Below are positions 55,545 through 64,000 of a stretch of 64,000 nucleotides of DNA, piece by piece. Source of the DNA: a virus (taxonomy: Duplodnaviria > Caudoviricetes); IMG/VR virus record IMGVR_UViG_3300021387_000796, positions 1 through 64,000 of that record. One strand, 5' to 3'. The notes under the pieces are model-generated. The model was not told the DNA's origin, did not search any database, and was given only the letters and a program-made list of their open reading frames with translations. Position 1 is the first letter of the stretch; every line of letters begins with the position of its first letter. Both the position numbers and the translations under genes were made by a program.

Positions 55545-56448
55545 TTATTCTACACTTCTTGTATAAATTGCTTTTATACTAACTGAACTTATTTCTTCAT
55601 TCAATGGAATTGTAAAAATCTGCGGATTATTAGTGTATTCAATTTCACCATAAACCCACTTCTCAAAAGTATAATTTACGGTAACTTCCTCATCCTCAAT
55701 TTCTTCTTTGAGTGAATAATTAGGTGTCTGCATATAAAGTGTGCTTCCTCTTGTACAACTCGGAACAGAAGTAGGATATGCTATGCAGTTTGGAACTTCG
55801 ATTTCTTCACCACTTTCTTCATCAATATGATATGATTTTATTTCAAACGCTACGGTTGTTTCTTCCGTAGGTTCTGTAAGAACATTATCGTGAATTTTTG
55901 AAATCATCATGGGTTCACTACCTTTTTCAGTAGTAATCATATTTACCGCTTTTTCCATAGAAGTAGCGTTTATATAAACATCTTCATTTTCAAATCTTGA
56001 ATTTGTGATTGGATAAATTGCTTTGTATTGATTGATTATTGCCATAATTTAACATCTCCTCATTAAAATTTTGCTGATATAATTTACTGTCTTTTCCAAA
56101 AAATCTTTCATAATTTGATTTTTGTTGTGGAATTGCGTTTATTGTTAATTCTTCGTGTATCATTTTTTTAATTGTAGCAGAATCTAATTCCCCAATATCT
56201 TCAAATTCTTCAATTCTCTTTTCTTTAGCATTAAAAAATATAGGTAAGTTTCTGTCTAATAGATAATTGGTTCGTATAAAATCATAACATTTCAATTGAA
56301 CCAATAATTGTCTTAAAGAATCTTTATCAATTACTGACATAGACTCCAAATTATCCAAAGCATACATATAATGACCTTGATAACAAGGTTTTGCAAAGAG
56401 AAATTCTACAGAATTAAAAAGTTCATTTGGTTGTTTTTCTGTTTCCAT
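55545..56448 (-). CDS. Two putative late hypothetical proteins (55990-56448, 55545-56045), possibly virion components
   Basis: Preceded by minus-strand TAACTAT at 56460-56466. Confidence 0.5.
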
Positions 56449-56983
56449 AACTATTTAGAATAGTTATGATTGATATGGAGGAAATATATGTCAGATGAAT
56501 TTGAAGAAAACGAAGTTGAATCTATGAACTTATCTATCGCTGATACAAACACTTTAGTCGAAGAGAGTAAGGAACTTTTAAAAAGTCTTTACAATTTAGA
56601 TGAAAATAAAGTAACAAGAATTACAAGTCAAGATGATTTAAGAAATGATGTTTCATCTTTTATTTCTTCACAATTGAAAAACCTTGAAAATCAAAATACA
56701 CTAAAGAGTATTATTGAAGCAGAAATGGTGAAACGTGTTTTAACACATGATTTAAGTAATGATGAATTGAGAAGTTGGTATGCTACAATTTCTTCTGAAA
56801 AGTCAAAGAATGTTGATTCGTTGTTTAAGGTCTTTGTCCCGACCCAGACCACACCGAATACTATTCTTACTCCTGCGACAAAAGATGAAGAAAAAGAAAC
56901 AATTGATTTAAGTCCTTCACAAAGACAAGCAATTGAAAAACTTTCTCGTATTATTTCTGCAAGTAATCAAGGTGTAAATAATA

Positions 56984-57886
56984 ATGAAGAAAAATAAATC
57001 TATGTATTGGTGGCAAAGACTTGATGTTGAGCCATCTGAAAAAGATAATGTACATGATTTTATGGAAGAGAAAAACTTTTTGTGGAAAGTTTTAACCCTT
57101 CCGTGCTTTACTTGTGTAAATGGTGAATACATTGAAATTGACCGTAATAGAGTTGTCGCTAGAAGTGACGACATGAAGCCTATGTATGTTGTAAAGAAAC
57201 AATACAAATTGATGAACAATGAAGAATGTTTTCAAGTGATGAATTTGTTTAAACAAAAATATGAAAATAGTAAATTTGTATCGTGTGGTGATATATTAAA
57301 TCAAAAGAAATCTTATCTTACAATGCTTTTGAAAAAAGTAAAAATTTGTAATGATGATTTCTTGGTTTACATGACCACCGCTAACGGTTTTGATGGAAGA
57401 AATGCTATAAACTGTGCATTAAGTTTATTAAGAGAATCTGACCATGCGGTTTTTCAAATGGCTGATGAAACCCACAAACGTATTTGGACTATGGGAAGAT
57501 TGGATACAACTTCAAACTTTGACCAACTTTATAAAGAAATTGAAGAATATATAAAGTTTGCTCAAGATTTGGGTGAACAGTTAAATAAAAAAGAAATTGT
57601 GTTGAATGATATTTTAAAACCTTTATTTGAACTTGATTGGAAAAAGTCAAAATGTATAAATCTTCATATGGCTGAACAGAAAGAATATATTAGAGAAATA
57701 TATATAAAAAATGGCGGAAAATCTTTATACAATTTGTATATGGCTATAAGTTCTTATTACTGCAATTATCGTAATATTAGAAATGGAAAATTAGGAGATG
57801 ATTTAAGATTTGATTTTGCGATGATTGGATATTTTTACGAACTGTGTAATTACACTAACTATATAATTAAAAATCTTACTATATAA
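56984..57886 (+). CDS. DUF932-like phage protein
   Basis: VVARSDD...VV..QY....NEECF and NGFDG pattern. Confidence 0.45.
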   Translation: MKKNKSMYWWQRLDVEPSEKDNVHDFMEEKNFLWKVLTLPCFTCVNGEYIEIDRNRVVARSDDMKPMYVVKKQYKLMNNEECFQVMNLFKQKYENSKFVSCGDILNQKKSYLTMLLKKVKICNDDFLVYMTTANGFDGRNAINCALSLLRESDHAVFQMADETHKRIWTMGRLDTTSNFDQLYKEIEEYIKFAQDLGEQLNKKEIVLNDILKPLFELDWKKSKCINLHMAEQKEYIREIYIKNGGKSLYNLYMAISSYYCNYRNIRNGKLGDDLRFDFAMIGYFYELCNYTNYIIKNLTI

Positions 57887-57915
57887 TATTATATTTGACA
57901 ATTAGAGGTGATTTT

Positions 57916-58332
57916 ATGAATACATTGTCTGAACTTTCAAGTTATGTTTATCTTTTAGGAAATGATGCTCGCATTTTGCATTTATATACAGAAGGTGAGA
58001 ACTTTATGAGTATTCATGAACTTTTGCAAGATTTGTATGAAGTTTGTTTTGAATATTATGACACTTTTGCTGAAATGGCTATTGCTCATAATGAATCTAT
58101 TCCTAATCCTAGTGATATTGTTTTAAGCGAAGGAATTGATTGGAATCCTACACTTGGTGATGCTTTTGATACAAACTTCATTGTAAGTGAAGTAAAAGAA
58201 AAAGGAAATAAAGTTATTACTATAGGTGATACTCTTGAAGGATACGAAGGATTCGTAAAAAGTGAAATTGACGCTTTCAATGCTGAATTAGATTCAATTG
58301 TGAATTATAAATTTGGTCGGATTGGAAAATAA
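57916..58332 (+). CDS. Ferritin/Dps-like protein
   Basis: ILHLYTEGENFMSIHELLQDLYE...YDTFAE resembles the Dps H..W...G..F...H...YE...D..AE pattern. Confidence 0.65.
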   Translation: MNTLSELSSYVYLLGNDARILHLYTEGENFMSIHELLQDLYEVCFEYYDTFAEMAIAHNESIPNPSDIVLSEGIDWNPTLGDAFDTNFIVSEVKEKGNKVITIGDTLEGYEGFVKSEIDAFNAELDSIVNYKFGRIGK

Positions 58333-59604
58333 GTTTGTTGTTTTTCAAATCCGAAAATATAGATTAGACCTACCAAAAGTAGGTCTTTTTTTTTGTATAA
58401 ATTACTTGACAAGCGCACTTGCTTATGTTATTATTCATGTGTACGGAGATAATATATATATGAATAAATTTATTATTAAAACAAGATTTTATAATTTTCT
58501 TTTTGCTAAAAGAATAATTAAATCTCCAAATTGGATTTTTGGAGGTGACTAATTTGTATAAGAATGATGTGTATTATTTAGGAATAAAAGATAAAAACGG
58601 AAAAGAACTATCTTCACAATCTTTAATAAATTTTGAGGAGCATATAGGTTCTATATTTTATTCCACAGACGATTGTCGTTTTAAAATAAAATGGGAAGAT
58701 GGATTCATACGAGATATCGATAAATCTTTTATAAAACAAGTAGAGGTTGTTTAATTATGGAACAGAAATATGATGTTAATTATTCACTCACAATAGAAGA
58801 AACTGATAAAATGTATGAGTGGCAGAAGAAGCATAATAAGAAGTTTCATAAGAAAGGATTTGGATATCAAGGAGTTAGTCCCGTTTCAAATTTTGAAGTA
58901 AGATTCGGTTCATGTTCTATTGGAACTTGGGCAGAATGTGTTTGTTTGAACTGTTTGAATAAAACAAATGTTAGTAATAAAAGCGTTGAAAAACTAAGAA
59001 AGTTAGCAACCTTTGAAATTCGAGAACTTAGATAAGGAGATATTTGCATGGTAAAGAATTATGTAAAAAGACCAATCCCAATTGAAGCAATTCAGTGGAA
59101 TGGTAAAAACTTTGATGAAATTAAAGCATTTTGTAAAGATGCTATGATTGCTTATGGCGGAGAATTGATTATTCCTACTTTGGAAGATGGAAAATTTATC
59201 AAGGCTAAACATGTCGCTACGGAAGGTGATTATGTAATTAAAGGTGTTCGTGGAGAATTTTATTTTTGTAAAGAAGATATTTTCAACGAAACTTATGAGG
59301 AGGTAGAATTTTGCAATTAGGTGGAATTAAATGTTTGAAATGTGGAGATATAATTTATTCTCGTTCAAGACATGATTTTCGTTGGTGTAGTTGTGAATCT
59401 TGTGCGGTTGATGGTGGATTTGATTATCTTAAAATCGTGGGAAATAAAGAGAATTGGGAATTTAAGAGAATTAATGTACTTGAAAACAAGACAGATGACG
59501 AAGTAAAGAAAATATTATTTGAAGATTGGAATAAAGGAAAAAATAAATACGGTGTATTAAAAGAAGGAAATAAATAAGATATAATTTGAATATGGAGGAA
59601 TAAT

Positions 59605-59862
59605 ATGGATGTAAATGTGTTTATTGAAGAAAACAAGAATAATATTAATGTTAAGGAAATTGCAGAAAAGTTTAATCTGTCTGTTCCCACAGTTTATCGG
59701 CATTTAAGAATGGTTGGTGTAAAGCCAAAGAAGAATCATTCTGATAAAAGACTTAATGATATTAATAAGTTGAGAAGTGAAGGAAAGACTTATCAAGAGA
59801 TTGGTAATATTTATGGAATTTCACGTCAGCGAGTGGAGCAGATTATTAATCAGCATAACTAA
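59605..59862 (+). CDS. Double-HTH DNA-binding protein
   Basis: EIAEKFNLSVPTVYRHL and TYQEIGNIYGISRQRVEQI (sigma region 4-like). Confidence 0.75.
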   Translation: MDVNVFIEENKNNINVKEIAEKFNLSVPTVYRHLRMVGVKPKKNHSDKRLNDINKLRSEGKTYQEIGNIYGISRQRVEQIINQHN

Positions 59863-61344
59863 TTTTAATTTTGTATTTTCAGACCATACAGATAAGAAAA
59901 CGATGGTCTAGGAGGATATATGAACAAATTTATTTATGATGGGTTTGCTTGTACAGAAGCAAATGAAGATGAGATTGTCTTCTCAAATGGTAGAGGAGAA
60001 GTTCGATTGGAATTAATGGAATTGGATTGTGTTCCTATGAAGAAGTACAAATTCACATTTGAAGAATGTGAAAACGGTGAATGGAAAGTTACTGCTTTTG
60101 AAAAAGACAAGTTTGACAAATTTTCGGTTTTCATGGTGAAAAGTCCAAAAGGTAAAGTTTGTGTTACAATGCATTTGGATTCTTATAAAAAAGAAGACAT
60201 GGAATATTTCAAACGTGGAACAAGATTCAATCTGAAAATTGAATAATTTCACTTGACAAAATTAAAAGAGTGTTGTAAAGTGTGAGTATGAATGAAATTA
60301 ATTTATCTACATTTTATCGACACTCTTCTTTTATGAAAGAAGTTCATGATGGTGAAAAGAAAATTATTGAATCTGAAAAAGAATTGGCTAGATTTCCAAA
60401 AGAAGAATCTTCTATTCAGATTGGTGATTTAATTTTCTCTAGTGGAAAAGGAACAAAGATTGAGAATATTCAAGGTAAAGTCTTGGATAAGTGGTACAAT
60501 GGAAAGTTTCTTGCTTTTAAGATTGATTGGGATTTTGCTACAAAAAAGAAAAATCATGAAATTACAATCGAAAGATTAAAAGATATAAAGGGGATGTAAA
60601 CAATGGCTGAGAATTGTAAAGTTTATAATCTCGAATCATTTACTGATGAAGAACGAGAGCGTGTTGAAGCGTTGATTAATCAGATTGAAGAAGAAAAGAA
60701 AAATAAAAAGAAATGGTGGATTATGCCCAATTTTGATATATTTGAGGAATATAATCCGTCTGTTGGATTAAATTATTTCATTGAAGAACAGAAAGATTCT
60801 TATTCAAGAAGTAGACCACCGTTGAAATCTGATTTTAATTCTAAGGAAGAAGCAGAAGAATGGTTGAAGAATTATTTGGAAGAAGAAAGTCTTTTTAAGT
60901 CGGCGAAGGATGAGATTGATAATCTTAATTGTAATCTCAGTTTGATTTATGATAAACTTCAAAAACATGAATTTGTTACGAGAGATGATTGGTGTAATTG
61001 TTTCAGATTATTTGATAACTCTCTAGGGAACGGTGCTTTATCTAAAGTGACGAAGGATAAATAATTTATGAATATGAATGTTGATAATTGGGAATTAAAA
61101 GATTCTTGTGATGATACACAATTTTATTATGAATCGAAATTAAATAACGATGAGGTTGCTTGTATAGTGATTCCACATAAAGGAAATCACTATCGATGGT
61201 TGTTGCGAATAGGGTTCAAATCTACATTTAATAAATGGGGTGATGTGGAATATGAAAACACTTTTGATACTTTTCAGTTACTTGCCGAATTTATGAGTGA
61301 TGAAAAACATTTAAAAGAAATTGAATTGATAAAAGGAGAATGAT

Positions 61345-61803
61345 ATGAATTATGACAGTTTAAAAGATACACGAAAACATATAGCAAAAGTAAACGATTA
61401 TATTGGAAAATGTATAATCGAATTGGACGAGCGTGGCATAAATCACGATTCTGATAAAATCAATGATGAAGTTGAGAAAACTCTTTTTGATGAATATACT
61501 CCGAAATTGGCAAAATGTACATATGGAAGTGAAGAATACAAGTCATATCTGAATGGTTTGAAACCTGCGTTGGATAGACATTATTTAAATAACAGACACC
61601 ATCCAGAACATTTTGATAATGGAATTCAAGGAATGAACTTGATTGATGTATTGGAAATGATTTGTGATTGGAAAGCAAGTTCTGAACGTCACGAAAATGG
61701 TGATATTTATAAATCAATTGAAATTAATCAAAAACGATTTGGATATTCTGATGATTTAAAATCTATTCTTAAAAATACAGTTGATTTTTTAATGGAGGAT
61801 TAA
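61345..61803 (+). CDS. HD-like phage protein (DUF5662-like)
   Basis: Motifs HDSDK, HY.NNRHHPEH and EMICDW.A. Confidence 0.65.
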   Translation: MNYDSLKDTRKHIAKVNDYIGKCIIELDERGINHDSDKINDEVEKTLFDEYTPKLAKCTYGSEEYKSYLNGLKPALDRHYLNNRHHPEHFDNGIQGMNLIDVLEMICDWKASSERHENGDIYKSIEINQKRFGYSDDLKSILKNTVDFLMED

Positions 61804-61805
61804 AT

Positions 61806-62828
61806 ATGAGTGAAAATGTGAATCATGATTTAATTGTTGTAGGTGATATGCATCTTCAAAATAAAGAGCCGAAGAAAAGTCAGTGCTTGGATGTGTTAGA
61901 TTGGATATTTAATTCCGATTTTAATAATCCTAATAATACACTTTTGATGTTGGGGGATTTGTGTGAAATTAATTCACCATATGAGTTGTATGAGATATTC
62001 ATTGATTGTTTTGAAAACAGAAGTCGTTTTGCGAAAATTCTCATAATTGAAGGAAATCATGAATGTGCTAATCAGTCTACTGTTCTTTCATTGTTTAGAC
62101 CTTTGAAAAATGTAGAAGTAATTACAGAATGGAAAGCGTGGAAATATTATAATTGTACTCTCCTTTTCTTGCCGTTCTATAATCATGAAGGTACTGATAA
62201 AAAACCGATGGTAGAAGAATATAGCAATCTTGGTGGTAAAATTGCAACTTTTAATGGAGAAGGATTTTCTGATGAATTTGATTATGGCTTTGGACATATC
62301 GAAGATGATACAGAACATTTTTCTAAAAAGTTTTGTGATACATCAAAGTTAAAAGTAAAAACTTGGATGAACGGACATATTCATACTGCAAATATTCAGA
62401 ATGGTGGACATTACCTTGGTGCTTGTACACTTAACTCATCAACTGAAAGTGGTAGAACACCATATATTGCAAAAATTAATGGTGAAACAAAAGAATATGA
62501 ATTGATTGAAGTTCCAAAGTATCTCGAATATTACATAGTGGAATATCCGAACAAACTTGAAAAACCTAAAACAAAATATGCAATATTCACAGTAAAAAAC
62601 GCTCTTGATAAAAATGTGGCTCTTGAGGAATATTCCAAGCAAGCAAAAGAAATGGGATTTGAATTCTACACCAACAAGGTTCTCAAGCAGAGAGTTACAG
62701 AAGTTGAAATGAATGATGTAGAAAAATCGGAAAAACCGACTTTTGAAAAATTTTCAAAATCAGTAGGATTGTCAAATGAAGTGTTTGATATTTGCAATGA
62801 AGTTATTCGACTGAAAAGTGAGGAATAA
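61806..62828 (+). CDS. Mre11/SbcD-like metallophosphoesterase (T4 gp47-like)
   Basis: Motifs GDMH, LGDL, GNHE, GH and GHIH. Confidence 0.85.
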   Translation: MSENVNHDLIVVGDMHLQNKEPKKSQCLDVLDWIFNSDFNNPNNTLLMLGDLCEINSPYELYEIFIDCFENRSRFAKILIIEGNHECANQSTVLSLFRPLKNVEVITEWKAWKYYNCTLLFLPFYNHEGTDKKPMVEEYSNLGGKIATFNGEGFSDEFDYGFGHIEDDTEHFSKKFCDTSKLKVKTWMNGHIHTANIQNGGHYLGACTLNSSTESGRTPYIAKINGETKEYELIEVPKYLEYYIVEYPNKLEKPKTKYAIFTVKNALDKNVALEEYSKQAKEMGFEFYTNKVLKQRVTEVEMNDVEKSEKPTFEKFSKSVGLSNEVFDICNEVIRLKSEE

Positions 62829-63167
62829 ATGATATTATATGTTGGTGTTCAATCTTATATAGACAAACGAGAATTTTCAGCATCTTGGCGTCCAGTCATT
62901 GTGTTCAAAGATGAAAAATCGGCAATCTCATGGATGTATGCTGACGAAAATAATAGAAATTATTATCCATGTAATTATAAGGAGTAATTTATGAGTGAAA
63001 AATTTGATTATCTTCAGTTTATGCTTTCTGCCGAAAAGAATAAAAGAGAAAGTGATAAAATGAATAAACTAATTAAAGATTTATCTGATGAACAATTGGA
63101 AACATTGATTCAAATGACGGAATCTAAATCAGAGTCGAATATTATCTACGGAAGATAGGAGTAATTT

Positions 63168-63536
63168 ATGTCTTTATCAGAAGAACAAATAGAACAGATT
63201 TGCAAAATTGCAAACATTGATGATATTGGAGAATTATCGGACGGATTTCACACATTTAATTCTCTTTATTACCAACGAGCAATTTTATTTGCAACAATTG
63301 TAAACACATATAAAGAACTTGCTTGGAAATCAAAGAAACATGAAGACGGACAATTTTGTTTTGGTGGTGGTTGGTTTATAGTTGGAATCGATACACCAAA
63401 TGGTTCTTATACTTATCACTATGAAATGGAATATTGGGATTTGTTTGATTGCAAAGAACTTCCTAGAGCAAAACATTGGGATGGTCATACTGATGAAGAT
63501 GTTACAAGATTATTGAGTTTATGTTTTGAGGAATAA
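63168..63536 (+). CDS. Conserved phage hypothetical protein (SDGFHTFNSLY...WDGH)
   Basis: Motif recalled from phage proteins of unknown function. Confidence 0.55.
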   Translation: MSLSEEQIEQICKIANIDDIGELSDGFHTFNSLYYQRAILFATIVNTYKELAWKSKKHEDGQFCFGGGWFIVGIDTPNGSYTYHYEMEYWDLFDCKELPRAKHWDGHTDEDVTRLLSLCFEE

Positions 63537-63539
63537 TAT

Positions 63540-64000
63540 ATGAACAGAAAAGCCAAACGAAATAAATACAGAAATATACTTGCTTATAAAAATGTAGAAA
63601 TCAACACTCTTAAAAATGAAGTTCGTGGTTATACAAATGCATATTATGAAACATTATCTGATTTTCGAAAATGTTCTAGGAAACTAGAAGAACAAGAAGA
63701 AAAGACAGAAGAATATAAAAAGAAGTATTTCGACCAACTCAAAAAGGAATTTCTTGAAGGTAATAAAGAGTTAGTTACTTTATCTTTGGCAGTTCCAAAA
63801 GACCTTACATTATTAAATTCTCCTATTCCAACAGAAGAATTAGAAAAAGAACGAAAGAACGTTATTTGCTATGAACTTGCTAAAAGTTTGTATGATAATT
63901 TTGATGCTCTAAGACGAACGGAATATAAAACTAGCACAAGATTTGATTTGGTGTTGGTGAAATGGAATCAAAGTAACAGAAATATTGATGATTGGGATGA
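63540..64000 (+). CDS. Hypothetical protein truncated by the window end
   Basis: GAGGA SD, then an open frame from MNRKAKRNK to the window edge. Confidence 0.6.
   Translation, partial: MNRKAKRNKYRNILAYKNVEINTLKNEVRGYTNAYYETLSDFRKCSRKLEEQEEKTEEYKKKYFDQLKKEFLEGNKELVTLSLAVPKDLTLLNSPIPTEELEKERKNVICYELAKSLYDNFDALRRTEYKTSTRFDLVLVKWNQSNRNIDDWD

Noticed and set aside
56470-56997. Possible small terminase subunit
   Set aside because: The late motif and helical character fit, but no recognisable sequence motif supports the call.
1249-62642. Many minus-strand or nested ORFs in the track (for example 1249-1605, 5369-5716, 29363-29968, 50861-51142)
   Set aside because: They are hydrophobic or Ser/Phe-rich shadows of real genes on the opposite strand, with no SD noted.
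1-64000. Genome-wide TAG reassignment (code 15)
   Set aside because: Long genes are intact under code 11 and several end in TAG directly before the next SD. Only terL showed an internal TAG.

Overview
A 64-kb segment of a very AT-rich, large lytic myovirus-like (contractile-tail) phage using the standard genetic code. Virion genes are scattered: major capsid, tail sheath, tail tube, tail completion, a scaffold-like protein and the large terminase. The window also holds a self-encoded replisome (family B polymerase, primase, DnaC-like ATPase, PIF1/RecD-like helicase, SSB-like protein, Mre11/SbcD nuclease, dUTPase), RtcB, an IbrA/IbrB-like pair, seven DNA methyltransferases, several free-standing endonuclease genes and many small hypothetical ORFs. 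The most striking unexplained structure is a repeated RNA-control cassette in front of three endonuclease genes. A sigma70-type promoter drives a 60-75 nt three-way-junction RNA. Its loop 1 is exactly complementary to a hairpin loop in the nuclease mRNA leader, and its loop 2 is complementary to the ribosome-binding region. The loop sequences differ between copies but co-vary, and a fourth orphan copy exists. Other highlights are a poly-G frameshifted (probably phase-variable) methyltransferase, a shared clamp-binding-like C-terminal tail on all methyltransferases, an amber codon inside the terminase Walker A region, a TAACTAT putative late promoter, and putative head-cargo polyproteins joined by an ESKKSxxxSLKE linker. 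All calls come from reading the sequence and recalled protein motifs. No database search or folding program was run.
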